The notes under the pieces: model-generated
Database searches by the model: none
What the model was told of the DNA's origin: nothing
Seen by the model: only the letters and a program-made list of their open reading frames with translations
Made by a program: the position numbers and the translations under genes
Part shown: positions 1-13,232 of the stretch, one piece after another
How the letters are laid out: every line of letters begins with the position of its first letter
Position numbering within the stretch: the stretch's first letter is position 1
NCBI RefSeq assembly: GCF_000143415.4
Contig: NW_003314314.1
Location: 501,771-565,770 of the forward strand
From: Selaginella moellendorffii
Taxonomy: Eukaryota; Plantae; Lycopodiophyta
Length of the DNA stretch: 64,000 nt
Direction: 5' to 3'

Positions 1-1040
1 AGCTCCACCACTCTTGGATCGAGGACGGCCTAAATATAGCTGAGGTCGAGGAGGCACCACATCATCATTAGGAATGTGGCTTGAGAATTAGGAATCGTAC
101 AGGAAATCAGAGAGTCAGGAATAGATAAGTGTTTCGAGAGTCAGGAATGTGGTCTGCAAGTTAGGAATCCGGCAAGAGTCAGGAATGTGGCAAGAATTGG
201 GGGATTCCTGACAGCACCCCCTCCTCAAGAACAAGTGGAACGAGGATGTGAACAAGAACGAAGAAGAGGATGAGATGAGCAGTGAGGGATGGGAAATGGA
301 GAAAAAGAATGAGGATTGGGATGAGAAGGATAGCAGCAGTGGAAGTCCTGAACAAGGTCAGGAGAATGAATCAGGTTGTTCGCAGGTTCCCAAGTGCGTT
401 CCTCAGGTCCATAACCCTTCCAGTCGACCAGATAATAGAGTTTAGACTGTGAAATCTTGGAATCAAGGATGTTCTGAACTTCGTACTCAGACCCATCCTC
501 GAGCTGCACTGGTGGAGGCAGAGGAATGACCCGATTTGGAATAGGATTAGGAATATAAGGCTCAAGGAGAGAAGAGTGAAAAACGGGGTGAATTTGATAT
601 GAGGAAGGAAGTGCAAGGCGATAAGTGACAAGATTAATGATGGCAGTGATAGAGAAAGGACCGAGGCGTTTGAAATCAAGTTTTGGACAGGGCCTGGTGG
701 TGGAGATATTTTGCCTGAGGAGCTAGACTTTATCCCCGATATTATAAGGGGGACAATCCTAACGATGGACATTGGCAAATGTTTTGTGAGATTCCTGAGC
801 ACGATGGAGGTGAAAGGAGATGGAGTTGTGGATTTCCTAGAGATTGGAGACAAATGCCTCAGAGCGGGGATTTGAACGAGAGGATTTAAATGGAGAAAGA
901 AGTGAGAGATTAAATCGGGGATTTCGGGCAAAGAAGGGGGAAATTTGAAGAGAGGAGTGAACAGAGTTGTTATAGGAGAACTCAGCAAAGGGAAGGATAT
1001 CGAACCAATTATCCTGATGATAGTTAATGAAGCATCTCAA
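1..1040 (-). mobile_element. 3' end of a Ty3/gypsy (chromovirus-type) LTR retrotransposon: frameshifted integrase C-terminus, chromodomain, PPT and start of 3' LTR
   Basis: ORF 225-509 is a chromodomain (EYEVQNILDS...YYLVDWKGYGPEERTWEP). ORF 837-1040 is integrase C-terminus (QDNWFDILPFAEFSYNNSVHSS..SPF). Purine tract GAGGAGGGGG (226-217) is followed by TGTCAGG starting at 213, read as the LTR start; the LTR has short GAGTCAGGAAT repeats and runs off the window. The element is cut at ~1040 against a PPR fragment. Confidence 0.85.
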
Positions 1041-1042
1041 GA

Positions 1043-3057
1043 CTCCAGGCCTACAAGTAGATGAAACGTTATACTGACGACACTATTGTGGCATCGATTG
1101 CTATAATAGTTGCGTACGGGAGGTCTAACCTGGCCCACGAAGCTAAAGTTTGAAAGATGTAATCTCATGGACTGCACTCCTCGCTGCAAATGCCAGAAGA
1201 AGGGACCTTGTGGAACTTGCAAGAATGATCTTCGCAGCCATGCTGCAGTGGAACTTGGTCTGCTGCACGACCATTATCCAGATGCTGGCTCAGGACCGAA
1301 GCTTGGATCAAGCACGCAATATCTTTGATCGATTGCCTGAAAAGAATAAGGCGCCTGGACTGCAATGATCCAAGCCGCCAGTTCCACCAAGCGAACTATC
1401 AACTCCCGATTCCACGCTCTCCACCTTGCTGATCTCTTCCCTCCTGCGAGACGCTTCCATTGACGACGCCATCGCTATCTTCAACCGCAGCTCCCCGCGC
1501 AATGCAAGAACCTGGGAAGCAATTCTCTCGGCCTTTTCGCATCTTACTCTCGTCCAGGAAGCTGACAGCGTCTTCTGGATCATGCCACAGCACTCGACGA
1601 TCAAGCCATATTGGTGTGGAGAACAAATGGTGCCTAGAGGAGGCGGCATGCTCTCAAGGAGTGCGCTTGGCGTTTTGGGTCGACTCCATGGCCCCCCGTA
1701 ATGGTGCCGGCAAATGCAAGACGGGACTGTCCAATCACAACCAGCAACCGAAATAAATGGTTGCTAGCAATGAATTTAGTTCTTCAGTACATACCGACAC
1801 TATCAGTTTGCACAGGATCCCAGCAATGGAGTCACACATCTTGGCTTACGTGCTTTCTAATGAGCTAGTGAGTATGGCATTTGCAATGGTGGCTAAAGAT
1901 AAACAGATCAACCGTGTCCTTGAAGAGCTTTTCTCTGAAGAGGTGAGTTTTCTTGAGTGTTGAAGAAGATCTCGGACCCGTATGATGACGAGCAAGATTT
2001 TGCGTTTCCAGACCTTCAAGCTGGAACAACGTGTACAGCCTGAGCCATTCTGAGACAGCGCTGCAATGGTGGCATTCCAGCACTTGGAGTCCCTCACTGG
2101 CACAACTCGATCGCTTCAGTCACCAGGCCGTGCTGAGCGCAAGCAGCGCTCATGGCGATCCAGGAAACACTGGTCGGCCTCGAGATGGTCTCAAACAGTT
2201 TCTTTGCTCGCTCCAACTCTCCGTTTTGCTGCAACCATGGCCGTGCAAGCCACGACGTCCTGCTCTCAGGTAGACTCGTGAAATATATACTCAGCTTCTT
2301 CCAGTTTACAGCCCCGGGAGCACACAGAGATCATCGTCGTGAGCGACACCTCACTCCTCTGGGGCCTCAGGACGAGCAGATAATTCTCGCAGCAGCCACC
2401 GAGAGCCGAGTCCCACGGCACAAGATCCCGCCGACGCATGCAGTAGAAAAGCTCCAGAGAATTTTTCAAGTCCGGCCCGAGAATTACGCAGCCATCGTCT
2501 CGTTACACAACACGGTGTTGGCGGAGGCAACTTTCGCGAAGAACCGGCTTGCCTCAACGAGAAGATCATTCCGGGCATAGGCAAACACCATCGCGTTCCA
2601 ACAGGCAGCGTCCCTCACCGGGAGAGTATCGAAGAGCGCTCGAGCTTGATCTAGAGTTCCTCGACTCCGACTATAGGCCGAGATCATCGTCGTGGAGCTC
2701 ACAACGTCGAAGGTGTTCTCTCGAAGGTGTTCTTGGCGGGCTCGACACTGTCACTGGCAACGTATCCTTGCAGAAGCCCGTTGTAGGAGACGACGTTCCC
2801 CTTGGCCATGGCATCGAAGACACTGCGTGCTTCGGTGTTATGCCTGGCTTGGGCATAGCACTGGAGGATGGTGGTTCAAGAACAGGCTTCCCAGGCGGGC
2901 ATTGCGTGAAAGATCTCGCGAGCGGCCTCCGGATCGTGGTCCTGAGAGAAGCACTGGATCATCGTGTTGAAAGAGATGGCATCCTGGTGCTCCATTCGAT
3001 CGAAGATGAGCTTGGAGCTCGCGGTATCGTTTAAGCGAGGAGAATGATCGTGCAAGC
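1043..3057. pseudogene. Rearranged PPR pseudogene, copy 1 of the 14859-17420 gene (forward part 1043-1602, inverted part ~2007-3057)
   Basis: Near-identical to ~15303-15923 on + and to the reverse complement of 15924-~17038, with many deletions and frameshifts. Confidence 0.9.
1846..1950 (+). pseudogene. Inverted duplicate of a CASTOR/POLLUX exon fragment (YVLSNELVSMAFAMVAKDKQINRVLEELFSEE plus GTGAGT donor)
   Basis: Matches the reverse complement of ~17735-17840; a shorter second copy lies at ~8701-8778. Confidence 0.9.
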
Positions 3058-3654
3058 AGCGATTCCACCACGCGCCCTTCGCTTGATTCCTCGTGCTCGC
3101 TGTAAACCTCCTATAAAGATATGCAGAGCTCGATGGAACTTTCACACATGACAACAAATACATTCGGCGGACTCGTCTCTCACAAAGTGGTCGCAGCAGT
3201 CCAGGTTCCCTCCCCACTGCGCTCCTCTCGGGCTTCCTCCTCATCGCCAGTGGCCACACAAAATCATGCAACTAGAAAGGAAATGTACCAGGATGCAAAG
3301 GCGTCGCCAATGGAAAATAAACATTTCAGCTGCGGGCACCTCCAAGATAATTAAAGGTCCACTCTGTTCACAATAACGAGGAACACATTCTTTGGTATAT
3401 CCTCCAGCGCGCGGTGGCATCGTGGTGGTATATTATCTCGGCCAGTGCGGCGGCGATGTGAATGCTCCAGACTGGCTGGAACTGGAACTGCAAGATTCGA
3501 CCGTGTATCATAAATACATATTTTACCGCAATGTAACAAACTAAGACGACCAGGGCGTCAATTTTTCTACGTCATCTAGCTAGGATACATCTTTTTTATT
3601 TCAAACTCATTTTTATATTTCATTTAATTAAGATTCTAAATCCCATATTAAATT

Positions 3655-4505
3655 TTAAATATGGCATAATATATGGTTATTTATATCAGACGCCCATAAT
3701 ACGTTATTAGGAAACTTTGATTTATAAATAACTAAATTACAATAATTTTGGACTTTAATTAAAATATGTTGGCATAAAACATTCAAGTTTAGGGCTGCAA
3801 TATTTATTTGAAGACCACAATACTTCCTGAATATGTTTAAATACAAGATTCCCATTATTTTGTAATATTAAATTACAACTAAACAAATTTTTCGAAGAAT
3901 AGTTTTTTTCCCAAATTATTTTTTCTTCTGAATATAAAGTAAGCACATAATCTACTTTTAAAAACAATATATTTTTACCATTAGGAGAAACTAAAAAGCT
4001 ATCATTGTATTAGAGTATAACACACTAAATCTTAGGTGGCAATAAATAATATCATCGACTAAACTTTTTCTATTTAAATATGCAGTTATAAAATAGAATC
4101 ATAGAATTTGAAATTATATTTTAATATATATTTATACCCTTCCTTTTCAAAAAATTCTGCACATTCTCTGTTTATAATATCTGTACATAAAGCTATTAAA
4201 TTTTGCAAACCATTCAATATGTATAGACTTGAAATTGATCTATCTGTATTTTCAATAGAACAATGATCTTTGCATTTAATAAATACTGAAACTATTCTTC
4301 TTGAAGTATTGACTTTAGCATCATCACCATAAGTTGCTAGATAACTTTCATCATATCTAAGTTTTTCTAATAATTGATAAAAAGCTCTAATAATTTTACC
4401 AATATCATAAGGATTTAAACATCCACTTCTTCGAATAATAGCTTTTTTAGCAATAGATTCATTAAACTTTAAACTTAGCTTAACTAAAAATCTAACTATA
4501 TCCAT
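3655..4505 (-). pseudogene. Disrupted copy of the bulb-type lectin fusion gene
   Basis: Three ORF pieces (4086-4505, 3755-3967, 3655-3855) match parts of the 293 aa ORF at 10228-11109; frameshifts and a shortened signal-peptide region. Confidence 0.88.
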
Positions 4506-7500
4506 TTTAAAACATAATCATGTTTTAATGTTATATATATAAAATGGTGGGACACATGAATTTCTCTCTATAAAGCTATACCAAGCTTTCTTCAATAAAT
4601 ATTCAGATAAACAAAAGAGTGATATGCCAATTGTGCCTAACTTATTAGAAATGATTTTATACTTAGATAAATATTATTTTATTAAACAAATTTGATGTAT
4701 ATTATGCTTTTCCTAGTGTATTTGATGTTTCAATAACAAATTAAGAACTTAGTTTAACAATAAATAGTAACTAAATAGCTAGTTTATTTTATATTTTATA
4801 TTTTATTTAATATATTTTAACTTCATTAAATCCACTACATGTTTTAGGATTTGGTATAATGATTTTTTAATACAAAATATATTTCAATTATATAGCTTCT
4901 ATTTAAAAATAATAATAAAGCAAGATTAAAATAAAACAAAATATATTAAAATGTTTTGCCTTTTTGTGGCAGTCATATGTGTCACCAGACAACACTTTTT
5001 TGTTTGCTGTAAGCAAAGCTGTTATAGGTGGGATATTTGAGAATATTCTTAGTATATTCATTTGATGCTTTGGATTAAATGTATTAATATAATCAATGGA
5101 TTATATTGATTTGAAAGTTTTTAAGAAATTTAAATGTTTATAAATATAATTGTAATTTTTTAATAATAACATTAAATATAAAAGACTTTTGGATATTCTT
5201 AAACACCTGGACAAATATTTTTGCCATCTTTCCCAAGAGAGTGTATATTTTATTTCCCAATCTTGAATTATTTAAAATTCAAATTCAATTGAAAAATTAA
5301 CACAATTTGGGTGCATTAGGGGTGGCTAATGTGCCCCTATCAATGCTACAAGTGTGTTTGGTGTACCTAAAATATGCCTGGATATTTTGGGATATTTTAT
5401 TAGTGAACAGTTGTTATTCATTTAGATTAATCTTGTGTTTAAACGTTTTAACGATATTTATAATTTATAAACTTTTCCAAGCTCCTCCATGCTCAACAAA
5501 AAAAAGTCTATAAACACAAAAGTAAAAGAAGAACCACTATAATATATTAAATGAGGGCTAGATGAAATAAATTCTCAATGACATAAGATCAAACAAAGGA
5601 ACATCCATTTAAAATTTACAAAACCCAAAGAGCTAAAAGAACAATTATAATTAAAACGCATAATTAACAACAAACCAGTGTTGACATACTAGATTTAAGT
5701 TGCTAATGTGTAGAAACAAGTCAATCTGTATCTTTTGGTTCACAAAATCTAGAGCTGTCATGCAAGAATTGCTAACAAGTAGATCTAGAGCTGTTACTTT
5801 TAAATCAGCAATGAGACAAGGAAGGAATAGCAGAAGATTTGAAGCAATAGGAGAAGATCTAACCACTAGAAGCTTGACAAGCTCCTCCATAACATCAACA
5901 ATACCTTAGATTTCCTTCTTGACAGTCAGTAGCTGGTCTTTGGTGAATTGGCTGTGGCAATAGCCTCTATACTGCTAACCAAGCCATTGTATGGCTGCCA
6001 TGCCAGTGATGTGAGGAAATATGAGTAAGAAAACTAGCAGCCTCACTGTGCTAAACAAGAGAAAGAGACCACAAAGCACATTTCTAAGAGTGATGGCAAG
6101 TGATTGAACTTGGTCTCATGTCATGAAGCTTTTAACTTATTCTTCTGGCAAAAGAATTAGGCACTGAAAATATAACTATTGTGATAAAACATATGGCAAT
6201 CCACCAAAAAGAATCAAGGGCAATGATATTAAAGCATGCAGTGTTGATATAGTCAACTAGTCTATTAATTGGCCAGTTGCTATTTGGAACTGTCAGACCC
6301 AACTGTGGCCCAACCATACATTGGGTAAAAATCTACCATTCTAAGTGTGTAAGTACATAGTGTTGATGCTGCCATCTAAATCCCTCTTGAGCAGCACCAC
6401 TAGCAATCACCACTACCACTAAGAGCCACATGCTTCTCCAAGCACTCCATCATGCTTGCCATACTACCATGCTTTTGATTCAGACCACTATCAACCTATC
6501 TGACCAAACTCTAAACAATTGTATTACTTTTACAAACACTCATTTGTTCTTTTTGTAGGAAGAACAAAGATGAAATTAATTGTTTGGTCTTTCTCAGATT
6601 TAGTTCCCACCACCATTAGAACCACCATAAACATCATCTCCACACAATCCATCCATTTCTAACTTTGGGCAACAAACAAATTAATCAACTAAGATTGTCA
6701 TTTTAAATATCCGTCTTACTCGTACAGATTAAAGGCTTCTCCCTTCCTTACACAATCTGCAAAAACAAAAGAGGGGATATTATCTAATCAATCCAACCAA
6801 CATGTCCAAATTATTTTCTGAATATTTTCATTATAAATTTTTTGTGTTAACACCCTTATTGAAATGAGCATATTCTAAGGATATACTTTACTGCAATGGA
6901 GCTCAAATACTTTTAAGGCTCACTTTTGACCAGTCAAATAAATAAGGGCAAAAGTATGGGTCTAACTGAAATATGCATATTCTAAAAGTATACTTTCGAG
7001 TCAGACAGTCTTTTTGAAGTTCGAAATTAGGGTAAAAGTGGTCTTGGCGATGTCAACTACTTGGAGCAGCCGGGATGCCTTTCCTGCATTGCTGCGAGGG
7101 TTTCTGCGAGTGGGTGTTTGAGAGGTTGAAGAGAATGTTTTCTCTCCTAATCTCATACACTGGTGCGAACCATCAGGCTCGTTATGCTCGTTATGCTGCT
7201 GGCACGGTACAAAGCTCTCAGAGTTTTCTTATCTCCACTGATCATACTGGGTGTTTGATCAGGTGTTCGTGACAGGCAACCACGAGTTCGTTTTGCTGAA
7301 CGAAAATCACATGGAGCTCCTGGTGGAGCAAGGATCAGAAGGTGATCAGGGACGAGGTTTACATCTGTCTGCCCTGCTTCCCCGAGATCAGCCAGCTCCG
7401 AGGCAGCCAAATAGGTGATCTTATAGTCTCTTTATCACTCTTCCAGCTCTCAAATTCTCTCATCAATGGAAATCAACAAAAGTCAACAAAGTCAATAAAC

Positions 7501-7550
7501 CTCAAAGACTATTGACTTTCTTTCTAAACAATGTTTATAGTTCACATCGT

Positions 7551-9828
7551 ATGAGACAGCCGCACGATTTGGTGGCGCTCTTGCGATCGTGCGGCTCCCA
7601 CCGCGCGAGAGGCGAATCCACGCACAGATCTTCTCGATCGAGCACTGGCCCTCGAATTTCCTTGCGAATCAGCTCGTCCTCATGTATATGGCAGATGCAA
7701 GAGCGTCGAGGAGGCGTGCAAGGTCTTCAATGGCATCACCCAGCCGGATCTCTTCTTGTGTAACATCATGCTCGACACATTTGCCAAGGACGGGCAATTG
7801 TGTCAGGCGAAACACTTCTTTGATTTCATGCCCGCTCAAGATGCCATTTCGTGGAATATGATAATCAAAATTTTTGCCTTAAGCGGAAATTTACACGGCT
7901 TACGGCTTAAACTCCTGGAACTCTACCATTTCAGCATTGGCCCAGTTCGGGGAAATACTCCAGGCATACGAGCAGATGAAATGTTATACAGACAACACTA
8001 TCGTGGCATTGACTGATATAATGTTTGCGTACGAGATGTCTAACCTGGATCAAAGCTTAAGTTTTGTTTGATTCCATGCCGCAGAAAGATGTAATCTCAT
8101 GGACTGCGCTCCTCGCTGCAAATGCCGGAAGAAGGGACCTTGTGGAACTTGGTCTGCTGCACGACCGTGATCCAGATGCTGGCTCAGAACCGAAGCTTGG
8201 ATCAAGCACGCGATATCTTTGATCGATTGCCTGAAAGGAACATCGTCGCCTGGACTGCAATGATCCAAGCCTACCTTCAAAGCTGCCAGTTCCACCAAGC
8301 GAAGCTATCAACTCCTGATTCCACGCTCTCCACCTTGCTGATCTCTTCCCTCCCGCGAGACGCTTCCATCGACGACGCCATCGCTATCTTCAACCGCAGC
8401 TCCCCGTGCGATCCAAGAACCTGGGAGGCGACTCTCTCGGCCTTTTTGCAACTTAGTCTCGTCCAGGAAGCTAGGATCATGCCACAACACTCGACGATCG
8501 AGCCATATTGGTGTGGAGAACGAATGGTGCCTAGAGGACGCAGCATGCTCTTCCGTAATGGTGCCGGCAAATGCAAGACGGGACTCTCCAATCACAACCA
8601 GCAACCGAAATAAATGGTTGCTAGCAATGAATTTAGTTCTTCAGTACATACCAACACTATCAGTTATTACAGGATCCCAGCAATGGAGTCACACATCTTG
8701 GATTACGTGCTTTCTAATGAGCTAGTGAGTATGGCATTTGCAATGGTGGCTAAAGATAAACAGACCAACCGTGTCCTTGTGTTGCTTCTTTTTACTCTTC
8801 CTCGGCTCAGAAAAACTCTGGTTCCATACAGTGGACCTGTATGGTGACGAGCAAGATTTTGCGTTTCCAGACCTTCAAGCTGGAACAACGTGTACAGCTT
8901 GACTGCTTCTTTGCTACAGCCATTCTGAGACAGCGCTGCTATGGTGGCATTCCAGCACTTACCGGCCCGTGCTGAGCGCAAGCAGCGATCATGGCGATCC
9001 AGGAAACACTGGTCGGCCTCGAGATGGTCTCAAACAGTTTCTTTGCTTGCTCCAACTCTCCGTTTTGCTGCAACCATGGCCGTGCAAGCCACGACGTCCT
9101 GCTCTCAGGTATACTCGTGAATATATACTCAGCTTCTTCCACTTTACAGCCCCGGGAGCACACAGAGATCATCGTCGTGAGCGACACCTCACTCCTCTGG
9201 GGCCTCAGGACGAGCAGATAATTCTCGCAGCAGCCACCGAGAGCCGAGTCCCACGGCACAAGATAACGCCGAGGCATGCAGTAGAAAAGCTCCAGAGAAT
9301 TTTCAATGAGTCCGGCCCGAGAATACGCAGCCATCGTCTCGTTACACAGCACGGTGTTGGCGGAGCCAAATTTCGCAAAGAACCGGCTTGCCTCAACGAG
9401 AAAACCATTCCGGGCATAGGCAAACACCATCGCGTCCCTACAGGCAGCGTCCCTCACCGGGAGAGTATCGAGTGGAGCTCACAATGTCGAAGGTGTTCTC
9501 TCGAAGGTGTTCTTGGCGGGCTCGACACTGTCACTGGCAACGTATCCTTGGAGTAGGAGACGACGTTCCTCTTGGCCATGACATCGAAGACACTGCGTGC
9601 TTCGGTGTTATGCCTGGCTTGGGCATAGCACTGGAGGATGGTGGTTCAAAAACAGGCTTCTCAGGCGGGCATTGCGTGAAAGATGTCGCGAGCGGCCTCC
9701 GGATCGTGGTCCTGAGAGAAGCACCGGATCATCGTGTTGAAAGAGATGGCATCCCGGTGCTCCATTCGATCGAAGATGAGCTTGGAGCTCGCGGTATCGG
9801 TTTGAGCGAGGAGAATGATCGTGCAAGC
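7551..9828. pseudogene. Rearranged PPR pseudogene, copy 2 (forward 7551-8499, inverted ~8866-9828)
   Basis: Begins with the same ATG context as 14859; multiple deletions and frameshifts; same inversion junctions as copy 1. Confidence 0.9.
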
Positions 9829-10227
9829 AGCGATTCCACCACGCGCCCTTCGCTTGATTGCTCGTGCTCGCTGTAAACCTCCTATAAAGATATGCAGAGT
9901 TCGATGGAACTTTCACACACGACAACAAATACATTCGGCGGACTCGTCTCTCACAGAGTGGTCGCAGCAGTCCAGGTTCCCTCCCCACTGCGCTCCTCTC
10001 GGGCTTCCTTCTCATCGCCAGTGGCCACACAAAATCATGCAACTAGAAAGGAAATGTAGCAGGATGCAAAGGCGTCGCCAATGGAAAATAAACATTTCAG
10101 CCGCGGGCACCTCCAAGATAATTAAAGGTCCACTCTTAAACACTGTTCATCTTGATGTCTTTTTTATTTCAAACACTTTTTAACTGTATATTTCATTTAA
10201 TTAAGATTCTAATTTCCATATTAAATT

Positions 10228-11109
10228 TTAGATATGGCATAATATATGGTTATTTGTATCAGATGCCCATAATACGTTATTAGGAAACTTTGATTTATAA
10301 ATAACTAAATTACAATCATTTTGGACTACAAAATATGTTGGCATAAAACATTCAAGTTTAGGGCTGCAATATTTATTTGAAGACCACAATACTTCCTGAA
10401 TATGTTTCAATGCAAGATTGCCATTATTTTGTAATATTAAGTTGCAAGTAAACAAATTTTTAAAAGAATAATTTTTTTCCCAAATTATTTTTTCTTCTGA
10501 ATATAAAGTAAGCACACAATCTTCTTTTAAAAATAATATATTTTTGCCATTAGGAGAAACTAAAAAGCTATCACTATAAAGAATTGTATTAGAATATAAC
10601 ACACTAAATCTTAGTTGGCAATAAATAATATGATCGATTAAACTTTTTTTATTTAAATATGCAGTTATAGAAATAGAATCATCTGTTTTTAGATTATATT
10701 TTATTATATATTTATACCCTTCCTTTTCAAAAGAATCTGCACATTCTGTGTTTATAATATCTGTATTTAAAGCTAATAAACTTTGCAAACCCTTCAATAT
10801 GTTTAAACTTGTAATTGATTCATTTGTGTTTTCAACAGAACAATGATCTTTGCATTTAATAAATACTGAAACTATTCCTCTTGAAGTATTGACTTCAGCA
10901 TCATCACCATAAGTTGCTGGATAAATTTCATCATATTTAATTTTTTCTAATAATTGATAAAAAGCTGTAATAATTTTACCAATATCATAAGGATTTAAAT
11001 ATGAACTTCTTCCAATAATAGGTTTTTTAGCGATAGATTTATTAAAGTGTAAAATTAACATAGTAGCTATAACTAAAATGTATATTAATCTAACTTTATC
11101 CATTTTCAA
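10228..11109 (-). CDS. Secreted protein: signal peptide + unknown ~150 aa domain + C-terminal bulb-type (GNA-like) lectin domain
   Basis: Intronless 293 aa ORF; hydrophobic N-terminus ([15 protein letters not shown]); B-lectin motifs [36 protein letters not shown]. Confidence 0.78.
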   Translation of the reverse strand: MKMDKVRLIYILVIATMLILHFNKSIAKKPIIGRSSYLNPYDIGKIITAFYQLLEKIKYDEIYPATYGDDAEVNTSRGIVSVFIKCKDHCSVENTNESITSLNILKGLQSLLALNTDIINTECADSFEKEGYKYIIKYNLKTDDSISITAYLNKKSLIDHIIYCQLRFSVLYSNTILYSDSFLVSPNGKNILFLKEDCVLTLYSEEKIIWEKNYSFKNLFTCNLILQNNGNLALKHIQEVLWSSNKYCSPKLECFMPTYFVVQNDCNLVIYKSKFPNNVLWASDTNNHILCHI

Positions 11110-11125
11110 AAATATTCATGTTTTT

Positions 11126-11325
<200 letters not shown>

Positions 11326-11426
11326 TGGGACATATGAATTTCTCTCTATAAAGCTATACCAAATGTACTTCAATAAAGATTCAGATAAACAAAAGGATGA
11401 TATGCCAATTGTGTTTATCTCATAAT

Positions 11427-11588
11427 TGTAGCGCATGTGATCATGGGATGAAATTTGGATATACTATCACCGTAGATCTTTGGAACTTTGGGGGATAAAT
11501 GGGGATAATATAGCCACTAAAGGCTCTTTCATCAAGCAATTGCCTCTTTTCCAGTTGGCTTAAGGGGAGAGAGATAAAGTGCACTACA
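11427..11588. mobile_element. Solo LTR (162 bp) with 5-bp target-site duplication
   Basis: Termini TGTAGCGCA...TGCACTACA; ATAAT on both sides (11422-11426, 11589-11593); absent from the paralogous spacer in copy 1. Confidence 0.8.
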
Positions 11589-12613
11589 ATAATAAAACAA
11601 AATTAAAATAAAACAATATATATTAAAATGTTTTGCCTTTATGTGGCAATCATATGTATCAATAACAGTTTTTTGTTTGCTATAAGTAAAGCTGTTATAG
11701 GTGGTATATTTGAGAATACTCTTATAATATTATCATTTGATACTTTGGATTAAATGTAGTAATAGAATCAATGGATTATATTGATTTGAAAGTGTTTAAG
11801 AAATTTAAATTTTATAATTATAATTGTGAAAAAATATTAATAACATTAATTATAAAAGACTTTTGCATATTCTTAAACACCTTCTGTCAAACCGGACAAA
11901 TATTTTTGCCATCTTTCCCAAGAGAGTGTGTATCTTGTTTCCCAATCTTGCCTTATTAAAAATTGAAATTACAAATGAAAAATTAACACAATTTAGGTGC
12001 ATTAGGGGTGGCTAATGTGCCTCTATCAGTGCTACAAGTGCAATTGGTGTACCTAAAATATGTTCAGATATTTTGGGATATTTTATTATTTAACAATTGT
12101 TATTTATTTAGATTAATATTGTGTTTAAAAGTTATAATAATATTTATAATTTATAAATTTTCCCAAGATCCTCCATGCTCAACAAAGTTTTTTTATAAAC
12201 ACAAAAACAAAAAAAAGCACTAAAATAAATTAAATGAGGGCCAGATGAAATAAATTCTCAATGATATAAGATCAAACAAAGGATCCATTTTAAATTTACA
12301 AAACCAAAAGAACTAGAAGAACAATTATAATTAAAACCCATAGGACAAACCAGTATTAGCATACTAGATTTAAGTTCCTAACGTGTAGAAATCTCTCAAT
12401 TTGTATGTTTTGGTTCACAAGACAAGATATAGAGCTGTTGTGCAAAAATTGCTAACAAGTAGATCTAGAGCTGTTGCTTTTAAATCAGCAGTAAGACAAG
12501 GAAAGAATAGCAAAAGATCTAAAGCAATAGGAGAAGATTTAATAACTAGAATCTTAGTAAGTTCCTCTACAGCACCAACACCTTAATTTCCTTCTTAGCA
12601 ATCAGTAGTTAGG

Positions 12614-13232
12614 TGTAAACTCTTGAGTTTGGACTTCCCGAGAAGTCACCTAGCCCAGTACTATTCAAACCCAAGGACATTTAACCCCAAATATCTTAAA
12701 ACCTAATTAGAAATTAATAACAAAAATAACCTTAATCGATTGGAAAAAGGGGTGCACTTTTATTCATGGCCCTTTCCCTTTATATTTAAACCTTATGGAT
12801 CGTCTCTCAAATTATTTTCTTTGGTTACTTACAATCCACCATGCTTTATTGCAAATTCATGCCCTTGTGAGCAAAAGTTGAGAGTTGCAGCTCTCTCGAG
12901 AGCCCCACTCTCTTAACACCCTACCCTTTAAGTCAAGCTCAGCGGGAGCAAATTAGACCAACCAGATGTCAATCAATATGTGGTGTGATTCCCTTAGCCA
13001 ACCAACAAAGTCAGATCCGAGACCCCTCTGATGCCAAATGTAAGCTCTTGAGTTTGAACTTCCCAATAAGTCACCCAGCCCAGTATTATTTAAACCCAAT
13101 GACACTTAACCCTAAGTATTCCAAGACTTTTAACCGATTGGAAAAAAGGGTGCACTTTTGTTCATGGGCCCTTTCCCTTTATATTTGAACTTCATAGATC
13201 GTTTCTCAAGTTGTTCTCTTTGGTTGTTTACA
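12614..13232 (-). mobile_element. Cassandra-like TRIM (non-autonomous LTR retroelement with 5S rRNA-derived LTR core)
   Basis: Direct repeats 12614-12833 and 13039-13232 bounded by TGTAA...TTACA; PBS-like TGGCATCAGAG (13036-13026); PPT-like GGTGGAT (12840-12834); TSD TTAGG/CTAGG. LTR segment 12631-12685 resembles the reverse complement of the 5S rRNA A-box to C-box region. Empty site at ~5930. Confidence 0.88.

Noticed and set aside
60-210. Short repeated GAGTCAGGAAT units resembling an array
   Set aside because: Irregular LTR-internal repeats in eukaryotic DNA, not a CRISPR array.
3365-3590. ~210-bp segment present only in duplicate copy 1, considered as a solo LTR or MITE
   Set aside because: No convincing TSD or terminal repeats; origin unresolved.
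5600-6700. Minus-strand fragments with TALD repeats and hydrophobic stretches (also in the second spacer)
   Set aside because: Too degenerate to assign to a family by eye.
12631-12685. 5S rRNA gene
   Set aside because: Only the internal promoter portion is present, diverged and embedded in paired LTRs.
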